DNA of 64,000 bases from an uncultured Candidatus Saccharibacteria bacterium (GCA_964622505.1 CAZUQJ010000001.1:44240-108239), one strand, 5' to 3'. Counted from the stretch's first letter, positions 1 to 9,775 are shown. Numbers and translations: made by a program. The notes: generated by a model not told the origin, from the letters alone.

Positions 1-144
1 GATATTAAAAGTTTCTCAATAATGAAAAAGCACTACAAAGCATATGTAAACGGCTTCCCAGGTGCAAAGGAATTGAGAGTAAAATTAATGGAAACAAATA
101 ACGCAAAAGAAGTAGAAACCATAATAAAAGATTTCTTAGAATAG
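1..144 (+). CDS. C-terminal fragment of tRNA-dihydrouridine synthase (5' end outside window)
   Basis: Frame-1 translation DIKSFSIMKKHYKAYVNGFPGAKELRVKLMETNNAKEVETIIKDFLE* resembles the Dus C-terminal helical domain (GxPGAKELR motif); TAG stop at 142-144. Confidence 0.4.
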   Translation, partial: DIKSFSIMKKHYKAYVNGFPGAKELRVKLMETNNAKEVETIIKDFLE

Positions 145-264
145 TAAAATTGGACTTCGTAATTTATAAGGTTAGAATCATTTTGAACTTGGTATTCACT
201 AATAAGCCATAGTAGATTGACAAAAGCTTATATATATATTAGTATTTTAAAAAAATAGAATCCA

Positions 265-714
265 ATGAAAAGTGAAAATCCGTTACTTGAAAAACTTCGC
301 AAGGCCACTAACAAAGCTCAAGCAAAAGAAAAAACCAAAAATTTGCAATTGGAACAGTTTAATAAAGAAGAAACTGAGAATGATTTAAAAAACAAAGCCC
401 AAAATTTATATTTGGAATTCGTGACCAAAGAAAAGTTGACAGCTTTTGCAAATGAAAATCTTCACCAGTACCCTTTATTGTTTATTCATAATGATAAATA
501 TAGACCAAGAAAAAATAAAAAAACTGGTTATATATACCGTATTGATAAGCTTGGGGAGTTTCTGAGCGACATTCTGATTGAAAATGGTTTTGAGCCAAGT
601 GTTATGCGCGTTTCTGTTAATTCACGAACCGCTGAAATATCTTTAACGCAAAGAGAACATTGCTATAATGCGATGATTTCAGAGCCTGGATGGTATCTTG
701 GAATTGAGTGGTAA
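265..714 (+). CDS. hypothetical protein (Lys/Glu-rich N-terminus)
   Basis: 149-aa ORF followed by hairpin terminator; no recognisable family. Confidence 0.35.
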   Translation: MKSENPLLEKLRKATNKAQAKEKTKNLQLEQFNKEETENDLKNKAQNLYLEFVTKEKLTAFANENLHQYPLLFIHNDKYRPRKNKKTGYIYRIDKLGEFLSDILIENGFEPSVMRVSVNSRTAEISLTQREHCYNAMISEPGWYLGIEW

Positions 715-732
715 CTAATTTAGAAGATTTTA

Positions 733-762
733 AAAATCCCGTGCACACACGGGATTTTTTGT
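733..762 (+). terminator. Rho-independent terminator
   Basis: ATCCCGTG-cac-CACGGGAT stem followed by TTTTTT. Confidence 0.6.
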
Positions 763-946
763 TGGATGTGTAAATTGTGGATAAGTTTTTGGAGATTTAG
801 GATACTGTGCTATACTTACCTTTAATGTATATGGAAACAAAAAGCCCGATAAATCACACTCAAAAGCCGGTTTTTCGCTTCTGTATTTCTAATTTTAATA
901 ATTCTATTCCAGTCCCTAATATGGGGCTTTTATTTTAGTTAAATAT

Positions 947-2176
947 ATGACAATAATCGAAGGAATCATTGTGAATAAAAGTGAACAGATCCGAAAGCGG
1001 ATCGAGATTGATGATGTTACAGGATTAATTACAAAAGTTGGGGATCCTACTGGCGAGGCGGATATGGTGCTCAAAGATGAATTAATTTTCCCAGGATTTA
1101 TCGACTTGCATGTGCATGCTCGCGAAGATATAAGTGGTACACAAATGTATAAAGAAGATTTCCAAACAGCGGGCGAGGCTGCACTCAATGGAGGCGTAGT
1201 AGCATTTGCAGAAATGCCGAATAATCCTGTGCCTCCGGTAGATGATGAAAGTTATAATGCAAAAAAAGAATTGACCAAAAAATCTGCTGTAGAAATAATC
1301 CTCTACGCTGGCATCGGATCACAAACAAGTCCGCTTTCAAAAAATGTGCCGTACAAAGTCTTTATGGGGCAATCCATCGGTGACTTATTTTTCTCCACAC
1401 GCGAAGGTTTGGAAAATGCTCTGGCAAAATACAAAGGCTGTAATATCAGTTTCCACTGCGAGGACCCAAAGACCCTCAATGAATGTTGCGATGCAGATAC
1501 GCATGAACACAAGCGCCCACCGATGGCTGAAATATTGGCAGTAGATTTCGCCCTCGAGCTAATAGAGAAACATAATTTAAAAGGCAGAATATGTCATTGC
1601 TCGACAATGGAAGGTGTGAAGAAAATTATGGAAGCAAAAAAGCGTGGGGTAAATGTGACGGTGGAAGTTACCCCGCACCATTTATATTTTGACGAGACAA
1701 TGTTTACTGATAGTAATCACACATTATTTCAAGTGAACCCACCGATTAGACAAACAAAGGAGAATCGTTTGTACTTGATACAAGCACTCAAGAATGGCGA
1801 CATAGACCAACTCGGAACCGACCATGCACCACATACTATAGAGGAGAAGGAGAAAGGTATGTCGGGGCTCACACATCTGGATACTTTTGGAAACTGTGTA
1901 TCATGGCTGATAAAGGAGCATAATTTTACTCCACAAGAAATTGCACGAGTATGCTCGGAGAATCCAGCCAAATTTATAAATGAATTTACGGCGGGCAAGT
2001 ATGGAAAGATTGAAGTTGGGTATGTGGGTTCGTTCTCAATAATAGATATGAATAAACCGATCACAATCGAGAGTGCGAATTTAAAAACAAAATGTAAATG
2101 GTCGCCGTTTCTAGGAGTAGAATTCCCAGGGAGTACAGTTGCAATAATAATAAAGGGTAAAATTTATGCAAAATAA
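947..2176 (+). CDS. pyrC: dihydroorotase
   Basis: Cyclic amidohydrolase motifs (DLHVHAREDISG, AEMPNNPVPP, HCEDP...); followed by carA/carB. Confidence 0.85.
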   Translation: MTIIEGIIVNKSEQIRKRIEIDDVTGLITKVGDPTGEADMVLKDELIFPGFIDLHVHAREDISGTQMYKEDFQTAGEAALNGGVVAFAEMPNNPVPPVDDESYNAKKELTKKSAVEIILYAGIGSQTSPLSKNVPYKVFMGQSIGDLFFSTREGLENALAKYKGCNISFHCEDPKTLNECCDADTHEHKRPPMAEILAVDFALELIEKHNLKGRICHCSTMEGVKKIMEAKKRGVNVTVEVTPHHLYFDETMFTDSNHTLFQVNPPIRQTKENRLYLIQALKNGDIDQLGTDHAPHTIEEKEKGMSGLTHLDTFGNCVSWLIKEHNFTPQEIARVCSENPAKFINEFTAGKYGKIEVGYVGSFSIIDMNKPITIESANLKTKCKWSPFLGVEFPGSTVAIIIKGKIYAK

Positions 2177-3218
2177 AAAAACAAAATTACAATTTAAAGA
2201 CGGGAGTGTGTACGAGGGTGTAAGCTTCGGTGCTGAGCAATCTATCTCGGGTGAAGTAGTATTTGCTACAGGCATGGTGGGCTACCCCGAGGCGATTACT
2301 GATCCATCTTTTGCAGGGCAAATACTTGTAATGACTTACCCTTTGATTGGGAACTATGGTGTTCCGGACAAGAGTAAATGGGAATCTGAGAAAATCCAAA
2401 TTAGAGGTTTGGTTGTGTCGACTTACAACGAAACTCCATCTCACTCTACTTCTGTACAAACTTTAGCAGAGTGGCTCAAGTCAGAAAATATTCCCGGACT
2501 CGAGATAAAGGATACAAGAGCTCTTACTCAAAAACTCCGTATGGAAGGCTCCAAGCTCGGGAAGATTGTTTTTAATAATAATAAAATTAATTTTGAGGAT
2601 CCGAACGATAGGAATTTGGCAATGGAGGTCAGCACAAAAGAAATTAAAACTTACAATATAAAAGGCAAAAAGACTGTTATAGTTATAGATTGTGGTAATA
2701 AGGAAAATATAATAAAGAGATTAGTGGCACGTAATATGAAAGTAGTAGTAGTACCGTGGGATACAGATGTAATGAAGCTCGATATTAAATTTGATGCGGT
2801 GCTGATATCTAACGGTCCTGGTGATCCGAAAAAAGTGCAAGCAACTATAAAAAATGTGAAGAAAATTATTGCTAAAAAAATACCAACATTTGGAATATGT
2901 TTAGGCAACCAAATCTTGACGCTCGCTTGTGGTGGTACAACATACAAAATGAAATTTGGTCATCGTAGCCAGAATCAGCCAGTAGTCCTCTCTGGAACAA
3001 ACAGTTGTTACTTAACAACACAAAATCACGGCTTCGCTGTAAAGAAAATTCCCAAAGATTTCAAAGTCTGGTTTACAAATGCCAACGACAATACCAATGA
3101 AGGCATTATCCACAAAACTCTACCAATAATGAGTGTACAATTCCACCCTGAAGCAACCCCAGGCCCAAATGACACTGATTGGATATTTGATTACTTCTTT
3201 AAGAAAGCCAAAATATAA
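2166..3218 (+). CDS. carA: carbamoyl-phosphate synthase small (glutaminase) subunit
   Basis: Class-I amidotransferase catalytic Cys motif GICLGNQIL, HGFAV motif; overlaps pyrC stop, abuts carB. Confidence 0.9.
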   Translation: MQNKKTKLQFKDGSVYEGVSFGAEQSISGEVVFATGMVGYPEAITDPSFAGQILVMTYPLIGNYGVPDKSKWESEKIQIRGLVVSTYNETPSHSTSVQTLAEWLKSENIPGLEIKDTRALTQKLRMEGSKLGKIVFNNNKINFEDPNDRNLAMEVSTKEIKTYNIKGKKTVIVIDCGNKENIIKRLVARNMKVVVVPWDTDVMKLDIKFDAVLISNGPGDPKKVQATIKNVKKIIAKKIPTFGICLGNQILTLACGGTTYKMKFGHRSQNQPVVLSGTNSCYLTTQNHGFAVKKIPKDFKVWFTNANDNTNEGIIHKTLPIMSVQFHPEATPGPNDTDWIFDYFFKKAKI

Positions 3219-3219
3219 T

Positions 3220-6200
3220 ATGAAAAATACTACTTACAAAAAAATATTAGTACTCGGTTCAGGCGCTCTGAAGATTGGTGAAGCAGGGGAATTTGATTAT
3301 TCTGGAAGTCAGGCAATCAAGGCATTGAAAGAAGAAAAGATAAAAGTTATTTTAATCAATCCAAACATCGCTACATACCAAACTTCCAAAGATTTGGCTG
3401 ACGAAGTATACTTCCTACCTGTCAATGATTATTTCGTAGAGAAAGTAATTGCAAAAGAACGCCCAGATGGAATCATGCTTTCATTTGGAGGGCAAACAGC
3501 GCTCAACTGCGGACTACTACTTGAGTCACGTGGTATTTTGAAAAAGTACAAAGTGGCAGTACTTGGTAGTCCTGTAGCATCTATTGAGCTTACAGAAGAT
3601 CGGCAAATGTTTGCCGATCATTTACGCAAGCTTGGCGTTGCTGTCCCACCATCTGGAACTGCAACCAATTTTAAAGAAGCGGAAAAAATTGCAAACACAA
3701 TTGGATATCCACTTATGGTGCGCGCGGCATTTGCACTTGGTGGGCAGAAGTCAGGTGTAGCATACAATGCAAAAGATCTAAAAGAAATTGTCGATGGGGC
3801 CCTTGCTATATCGAACCAAGTCTTGATCGAGAAATATCTGCACCACTTTAAAGAAATAGAATACGAGGTAGTCCGCGACAAGTTCGACAACACAATTACT
3901 GTATGTAATATGGAAAACTTTGATCCGCTTGGTATCCATACCGGCGACTCAATCGTGATCGCGCCGAGTCAGACTTTATCAAACGATGAATATCATGGTT
4001 TGCGTGAGGTAAGTATCAAGATAGTAAAGAGCTTGAAGATAGTTGGTGAGTGTAATGTGCAGTATGCATTGAATCCAAATCCGAAAAACGGGGAGTTGGA
4101 CTACTACGTCATCGAAGTCAACGCACGCCTTTCACGCTCAAGTGCATTGGCAAGTAAAGCCACCGGGTATCCACTGGCGTATGTGGCTGCCAAATTGGCA
4201 CTCGGTAAGAGCTTGCTCGAAATCAAAAACAAAATTACCGAGGTGACTCAGAGCTTCTTTGAGCCGGCTCTCGACTATGTGGTGGTCAAGATGCCTCGTT
4301 GGGATCTGATCAAGTTCAAAGGAGCATATGAAGAGATTGGTAGCGCGATGAAGTCGGTGGGTGAGGTCATGGCCATAGGCCGAACATTTGAAGAAGCTCT
4401 ACAAAAAGCTGTCCGAATGCAATCAGGTAATGTGGAAAGCATTACAGACAATAACTTCAAAGACAAAAAGGAAATTACAAAATATCTATATACTCCAACT
4501 CCAAACAGACTTTTTGCAGTAGCAAATTCAATGCTTCAAGGTATGTCTGTGGATGCTGTTCACAAAATCACCGGTATTGATAAATGGTTCCTCTATCGAT
4601 TGGAAAATATTGTGCATATAGAACAGAATCTAAAGAAGAGTAAGAAATTGGACCATGATACAATGCTCAATCTAAAACAAACGGGGGCTTCGGATAAAAA
4701 GATCGGACAGTTGTGTGGCAAAACAGAATTTGAGATTCGCAAAGTGCGAAAGAATTTAAATATAATGCCAAGCGTTTTCCAGATTGATACGTTGGCTGGC
4801 GAAATTCCTGCACGTACAAACTATCTATACCTGACTTACCACGGTAGTCACCATGACGTGGCGCCACTTGGTGCCAATGCTGTAGCTGTGCTCGGTAGTG
4901 GGCCGTACCATATTGGATCTTCTGTTGAGTTCGACTGGTCATCTGTGAATGCAGCGCTTGCGCTCAAAAAGCATAAAAAGCAGTCAATTATTGTAAACTG
5001 CAATCCGGAGACTGTATCAACTGATTATGACATGTCCGACAGATTGTATTTTGAAAATATTTCTTTTGAAACTGTGGCAGATATTTATGAATTCGAGAAG
5101 GCACTTGGATTGATAATCTCTGTTGGAGGACAAAGGCCAAATAATTTGGCCAACAAACTAAATCGTGAAGGATATAATATTCTCGGTACAAAAGCCGAGG
5201 ACATTGATCGCGCAGAAGACCGCAACAAATTCTCGGCATTACTCGACAAGCTCGATATCGCTCAGCCAGAATGGCAAAGCTTTACCAATATCAAAGAAGC
5301 CGAGAAGTTCGCAAACAAAGAGGGCTACCCAGTGCTCGTGCGCCCATCTTATGTATTATCTGGAAGTGCGATGAATATTTGCTATAGCAAGGCCGAGCTT
5401 TATGACTTCGTTACCAAGGCTGCGGTTCTGTCCCCAGAATACCCGGTAACAATTTCCAAATTTATCGAGAATGCAAAAGAGCTTGAGTTCGATGCTGTCG
5501 CGCAAAAAGGGCAAGTAATGATTTATGGCATATCGGAGCATGTGGAGAATGCAGGAGTCCACTCTGGTGACGCGACTATAGTGTACCCAACACAGCGTGT
5601 ATATGCATCAACAGAATTCCAACTGCAAGAAATTTCCAAGAAAATTGCAAAAGAATTAAATATTACAGGTCCATTCAACATCCAATTTCTCGTGAAAGAC
5701 AATCGCCCTATGGTGATCGAGGTCAACGTCCGTGCGTCGCGCACATTCCCATTGCTTTCAAAAGCGATGGATGCCAATTTCCCCGAAATTGCAGTGGATT
5801 CATTTTTTGGACATGCTTCCAAACACGAATATGTTTATCCGAATAGTGTGGTGGTGAAGTCTTCACAATTCTCTTTCTCCCGACTCCTTGGCGCGGACCC
5901 AGTATTGCGCGTTGAAATGTCTTCGACTGGCGAGGTGGCCTGCTTTGGTAAAGATTACGACGAAGCCTTGCTCAAGTCAGTGCTATCTGCAAATAAATTT
6001 GATTTCAATAAAAAGGCTGTACTATTCTCACTCGGAGGACTTGTAAACAAAGCCAAGTTCCTCGAAGCTGCCAATTCAATGGCAATCCTCGGCTACAAAA
6101 TTTATGCGACAGATTCGACTGCGGAATTTTTCAAAAAGCACAACATCGATTGTCATGTGGTCAAAAAAGCTCACCAAGGTACTCCAAATGTCCTCGATAT

Positions 6201-6429
6201 TATCGATGGCAAAAAGGTAGCCTTTGTTGTAAACTTAAGTGATACAGTACACAAAGAGGGACACTCAGATAAAGTAATGACCGATGGCTATCGTATCCGC
6301 CGTGCAACAGTCGACAATCAGATCCCACTTTTTACCGATCTTCATTTAGCAAGAGCATTCGTCAAAGCTTTGGCCCATTACAATATTGATGATTTAGAAA
6401 TAAAATCTTATAAGGAGTATTTGAATTAA
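3220..6429 (+). CDS. carB: carbamoyl-phosphate synthase large subunit
   Basis: ATG at 3220 immediately after carA TAA (3216-3218); duplicated ATP-grasp halves (KILVLGSGALKIGEAGEFDYSG...; VLGSGPYHIGSSVEFDW...); ~1070 aa. Confidence 0.95.
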   Translation: MKNTTYKKILVLGSGALKIGEAGEFDYSGSQAIKALKEEKIKVILINPNIATYQTSKDLADEVYFLPVNDYFVEKVIAKERPDGIMLSFGGQTALNCGLLLESRGILKKYKVAVLGSPVASIELTEDRQMFADHLRKLGVAVPPSGTATNFKEAEKIANTIGYPLMVRAAFALGGQKSGVAYNAKDLKEIVDGALAISNQVLIEKYLHHFKEIEYEVVRDKFDNTITVCNMENFDPLGIHTGDSIVIAPSQTLSNDEYHGLREVSIKIVKSLKIVGECNVQYALNPNPKNGELDYYVIEVNARLSRSSALASKATGYPLAYVAAKLALGKSLLEIKNKITEVTQSFFEPALDYVVVKMPRWDLIKFKGAYEEIGSAMKSVGEVMAIGRTFEEALQKAVRMQSGNVESITDNNFKDKKEITKYLYTPTPNRLFAVANSMLQGMSVDAVHKITGIDKWFLYRLENIVHIEQNLKKSKKLDHDTMLNLKQTGASDKKIGQLCGKTEFEIRKVRKNLNIMPSVFQIDTLAGEIPARTNYLYLTYHGSHHDVAPLGANAVAVLGSGPYHIGSSVEFDWSSVNAALALKKHKKQSIIVNCNPETVSTDYDMSDRLYFENISFETVADIYEFEKALGLIISVGGQRPNNLANKLNREGYNILGTKAEDIDRAEDRNKFSALLDKLDIAQPEWQSFTNIKEAEKFANKEGYPVLVRPSYVLSGSAMNICYSKAELYDFVTKAAVLSPEYPVTISKFIENAKELEFDAVAQKGQVMIYGISEHVENAGVHSGDATIVYPTQRVYASTEFQLQEISKKIAKELNITGPFNIQFLVKDNRPMVIEVNVRASRTFPLLSKAMDANFPEIAVDSFFGHASKHEYVYPNSVVVKSSQFSFSRLLGADPVLRVEMSSTGEVACFGKDYDEALLKSVLSANKFDFNKKAVLFSLGGLVNKAKFLEAANSMAILGYKIYATDSTAEFFKKHNIDCHVVKKAHQGTPNVLDIIDGKKVAFVVNLSDTVHKEGHSDKVMTDGYRIRRATVDNQIPLFTDLHLARAFVKALAHYNIDDLEIKSYKEYLN

Positions 6430-6433
6430 AATA

Positions 6434-6958
6434 ATGAATAAAAAATTTAAAATAATTATTTTTTTATTGGGAATACTTCCTTTTCTCTATTTATTATTTG
6501 TATATTCTTCTTTTTTTTTCCGAATCGATGATAGATTGAGGATAAAGCAAGAAACTATTAGATTTCATAAAAATACAGTAGAATACAATTCTACTGTTGA
6601 TAAGATTTTGGAGAAAAATCCTGTTGAATATTGTGGAAAATCTCGTAATCGTACTCAAACTTATGTTGAAAATTATGGAGTCATAATAAACTGTGTACCT
6701 GAATATAAAAATCATGAAGAAGATCTAGACACAGGTATGTATATTATTTTTCCGTCTTGGTGGCAACCAGCTGCGGGTAGCATGGGAGGATGTTTTACGG
6801 GTTTATTTTGGAGTAATGCAAAAGTACCTGGATCATATGTGATGAGACAAGAAACAAGCGGAGTGCCTATAATTAAAAAAATTACTCAAAATTGGTATGC
6901 TTTTTCTTATGTTTCTATTTCAGAATGTAATTCAAAAAATAAACATCTTATTTTTTAG
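6434..6958 (+). CDS. hypothetical membrane/secreted protein (AT-rich, lineage-specific)
   Basis: 174-aa ORF with N-terminal hydrophobic segment; no family recognised; interrupts the pyrimidine cluster. Confidence 0.35.
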   Translation: MNKKFKIIIFLLGILPFLYLLFVYSSFFFRIDDRLRIKQETIRFHKNTVEYNSTVDKILEKNPVEYCGKSRNRTQTYVENYGVIINCVPEYKNHEEDLDTGMYIIFPSWWQPAAGSMGGCFTGLFWSNAKVPGSYVMRQETSGVPIIKKITQNWYAFSYVSISECNSKNKHLIF

Positions 6959-6974
6959 TAGTATTTTGTTATTC

Positions 6975-7004
6975 TCTTATTCGTGCGAATATGTGAATAA
7001 GAAT
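6975..7004. promoter_or_regulatory. palindromic operator-like site P1 (CTTATTCGTGCGAATA...GAATAAGAA) overlapping predicted -35 of the arsR-like gene
   Basis: Perfect inverted repeat TATTCG-tg-CGAATA nested within TCTTATTC...GAATAAGA; closely related copy at 7311-7343. Confidence 0.45.
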
Positions 7005-7024
7005 GCAGGTGGTATACTATTTAT

Positions 7025-7285
7025 ATGAAAGAGCAAGAGAAAATACTTAAGGCTTTGGCGAATCATCGTCGATTGCAAATTGTTAAATATATTAAAGAGC
7101 AAAAGCAGGCGACTGTGGGTGCTGTGGCGGGGCATATTAAATTGTCTTTTAAATCCACTTCCAAACATTTAATGGTTTTGCACAATGCAGGGATTTTGGA
7201 TAAAGAGCAAAAAGCGCTTTTGGTATTTTACTCTATATCCAAATCATTACCAAGAATCGCCAAGCAAATTATTGATGTAATTTAG
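7025..7285 (+). CDS. ArsR/SmtB-family HTH transcriptional regulator
   Basis: LKALANHRRLQIVKYI...ATVGAVAGHIKLSFKSTSKHLMVLHNAGIL is a canonical ArsR winged-HTH; extended -10 TGgTATACT (7010-7018) sits 6 nt before the ATG (leaderless). Confidence 0.7.
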   Translation: MKEQEKILKALANHRRLQIVKYIKEQKQATVGAVAGHIKLSFKSTSKHLMVLHNAGILDKEQKALLVFYSISKSLPRIAKQIIDVI

Positions 7286-7310
7286 TGATTTTCCGTGTTG
7301 ATTGTTTTAC

Positions 7311-7343
7311 TATTCGCTTATTCGTACGAATAAGCGAATAAGA
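7311..7343. promoter_or_regulatory. palindromic operator-like site P2 (TTCGCTTATTCGTACGAATAAGCGAA + GAATAAGAA) upstream of pyrB
   Basis: 26-bp perfect palindrome sharing the core CTTATTCGTrCGAATA...GAATAAGAA with P1. Confidence 0.45.
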
Positions 7344-7407
7344 AATTGTGAATGGATATTTTATTAAAATAGGTGTAAAATATAGGCTAGTTAATAATTA
7401 CAATTTT

Positions 7408-8337
7408 ATGCGTCACATACTAAACACAAATCAATTCAAAAAAGAAGACATTGAACAAATCTTTTCTACAATTCCAAAGATGGAGGAGTTGTGTGAGAAT
7501 TTGAAAAAGGGTACTCGTATCGAGCGTCCTCTTGAAGGCAAGATTATTGCTTGCGTATTCTTTGAGCCATCGACACGTACTCGGCTCTCTTTCGAGACAG
7601 CAAGTTTGCGACTCGGGGCAAAGGTGATCTCTGCCGAAAATGCTTCCGAGAATTCTTCGGCTCATAAAGGCGAAACTCTCGAGGATACTGCTCGGACGCT
7701 TTCGTGCTATGCCGATGCTATTGTGACTCGGCACTACCAAATGGGTGCGGCGGAATCTATGTCGCATTCTTCGACCGTACCGATTATCAATGCAGGCGAT
7801 GGGGCAAACCAGCACCCTTCACAAGGTTTGCTTGATTTATATACTATACAAAGTGAGCATGGGCGATTGGAGAATTTGAAAGTTGCGTTTGTTGGTGATG
7901 TACTCAACAGTCGTACACTTCGATCGCTTGTACCACTATTGATGCTATACCCAGGCAATACATTTTATTTTATCTCACCAAAGGAGCTTAAGCTCGATGA
8001 GAACTATAGGAAATTCCTACAAGATAACAATGTCAAATTTGAAGAGCTCGACAATCTCGACGGCACGCTTCCAGAAGTAGATGTGCTCTATATGACACGT
8101 GTACAAAAAGAACGATTTGCAAACGAGGCCGATTATGAAAAAGTAAAAGATTTGTTCCTACTAACACCAGAGCATGTTGCGCAATTGAAAGGCGACGCAA
8201 TCATAATGCACCCGCTCCCAAGAATAAATGAGATCGACCCCGAAATTGACAGTGATTCAAGAGCAGCCTACTTCCGCCAAGCCCAAAACGGCCTGTATGT
8301 CCGCATGGCATTACTACTTTATGTGTTTGGGTTATAG
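7408..8337 (+). CDS. pyrB: aspartate carbamoyltransferase catalytic subunit
   Basis: STRTRLSFE carbamoyl-phosphate-binding motif, HPLP motif; ATG at 7408 preferred over the GTG at 7348 listed in the ORF track. Confidence 0.9.
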   Translation: MRHILNTNQFKKEDIEQIFSTIPKMEELCENLKKGTRIERPLEGKIIACVFFEPSTRTRLSFETASLRLGAKVISAENASENSSAHKGETLEDTARTLSCYADAIVTRHYQMGAAESMSHSSTVPIINAGDGANQHPSQGLLDLYTIQSEHGRLENLKVAFVGDVLNSRTLRSLVPLLMLYPGNTFYFISPKELKLDENYRKFLQDNNVKFEELDNLDGTLPEVDVLYMTRVQKERFANEADYEKVKDLFLLTPEHVAQLKGDAIIMHPLPRINEIDPEIDSDSRAAYFRQAQNGLYVRMALLLYVFGL

Positions 8338-8340
8338 AAT

Positions 8341-8721
8341 ATGAAATTACATCATGTAGCTCTGACAATTAAAGATTTGAACATTTCGCTTCCGTTTTAT
8401 GAAAATAATTTTGGATTCAAGGAGGTGAATCGTTTTCGTCGTGATGATATGGGTGCTACAGGAGTAATGCTTGCAGGTGAAAATATTAATATAGAACTTT
8501 GGCAGTTTGATGTTTTTAAAGAGGGAGCAAAAGAGGATTTGTCGGTGGGTGGAATTAAACACATTGCATTTACAGTCGACGATGTCGAAGATTTGCATAA
8601 AAAATTTACTGATAAAGGTATTGTTTGTGGAAATATAAAAACTGGTGCAAGCGGTGGCATATACTTTTTCCTAAAAGACCCAGATGGAAATGATATTGAA
8701 ATCTATAAACCAAATAACTAA
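8341..8721 (+). CDS. VOC/glyoxalase-family protein
   Basis: MKLHHVALTIKDLNISLPFYENNFGF... typical glyoxalase/bleomycin-resistance fold signature. Confidence 0.65.
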   Translation: MKLHHVALTIKDLNISLPFYENNFGFKEVNRFRRDDMGATGVMLAGENINIELWQFDVFKEGAKEDLSVGGIKHIAFTVDDVEDLHKKFTDKGIVCGNIKTGASGGIYFFLKDPDGNDIEIYKPNN

Positions 8722-8740
8722 TGCATAAATTTAAATTGTA

Positions 8741-8774
8741 AAAAGGTCCGGGGATTTCTCGCCGGACCTTTTTG
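8741..8774. terminator. bidirectional Rho-independent terminator between convergent genes
   Basis: GGTCCGG-N10-CCGGACC flanked by A-run and T-run. Confidence 0.6.
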
Positions 8775-8777
8775 ACT

Positions 8778-9383
8778 TTATTTTTTCTCTTCTTTATTTT
8801 CGTAAAAATATTTATGAACATCAGCCTCATACCATGCTGGTGGTACTTTTTTCTGGAACCAAACACTGTTCTGGAAATTATCTAGATCAGTAGCAATTTT
8901 CCAAGCAAATGTTAACAAGAAAATGACTGAAAAAACAGAGAAAGCACCAATAGAAATATCTTGTTCATAATTAAAAGATAATGCAAGAAATGCAAGAAAG
9001 AAAGAAGGTGCCCCTATCAATAAATGTATTTTAATAGGTAATTGTTCGTCGCGATAAGTTAAAAATTCCCTCATCTCATTTTGAACAACAGATCTTGATA
9101 TTTTTTGATACTGGTAGAAAACAGAGTTTACTGCCATAAATGCAAATAAAGCATATCCACTTCCCGCCATGGGAGCGATCATGAATAGAATTACTTCATT
9201 TGCATGTTTACTGAAGTGAATATCGAGGGGATATAATATATATCTCCAAAATAACATAAATATTATTGCGATAAGCATTGATTCTAGTACGATAGGAGAG
9301 TGCTTTTTTATTAAGTTCCAACTTCTGTTCTCAGGTATAAAATTTGGGGTGGGTATTTTTGGGGTACTTTTTCTATCTTTCAT
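8778..9383 (-). CDS. hypothetical polytopic membrane protein
   Basis: 201-aa ORF with about 4 hydrophobic helices; good terminator downstream. Confidence 0.45.
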   Translation of the reverse strand: MKDRKSTPKIPTPNFIPENRSWNLIKKHSPIVLESMLIAIIFMLFWRYILYPLDIHFSKHANEVILFMIAPMAGSGYALFAFMAVNSVFYQYQKISRSVVQNEMREFLTYRDEQLPIKIHLLIGAPSFFLAFLALSFNYEQDISIGAFSVFSVIFLLTFAWKIATDLDNFQNSVWFQKKVPPAWYEADVHKYFYENKEEKK

Positions 9384-9709
9384 TTTTTTTAGTTTTTTTA
9401 CATACTAAAACAAAAATCATATTTAGTCAATTTTTTAAAAATTACCTAAAAATAAAACAAACCGCTTTATTTAATAATATGGCGGTTTGTTATTTAGTTT
9501 ATTCATAAAGCATCTCTATTTAAGAGCTTTTTGAACAACTTTTTTATATGCTGTGGAATTTTTGTTTTTGTTCCAGGCTTGTTGGGTTCTTTTTGTGGCA
9601 GACTGTAGTTGTCTTCTTCCTGTGTGTAAACCCCGTCCACACCTAATTTCAATTTTGTACTCATGGTGTTTACTTTTTATTTCACCATACCATACTGCAG
9701 ATATTAGTC

Positions 9710-9750
9710 AATCCTGTCGCTCGCGAGTGACGGGATTAATTTTTTTGTTT
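9710..9750 (+). terminator. strand-specific Rho-independent terminator 26 bp upstream of dnaX
   Basis: AAUCCUGUCGCU-CGCG-AGUGACGGGAUU is a 12-bp stem only with two G-U pairs on the + strand (C-A mismatches on the - strand), followed by UUAAUUUUUUUGUUUU. Confidence 0.5.
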
Positions 9751-9775
9751 TACATTTATTTGCTATACTACAAGG

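Noticed and set aside
9590-9650. Assigning the dnaX-upstream region as SRP RNA (ffs) on the basis of a GTTTAC...CAGGAAGAAG string
   Set aside because: The resemblance is on the minus strand, whereas the terminator is plus-strand specific, and no GNRA-tetraloop helix-8 structure could be recognised; a covariance-model search is needed.
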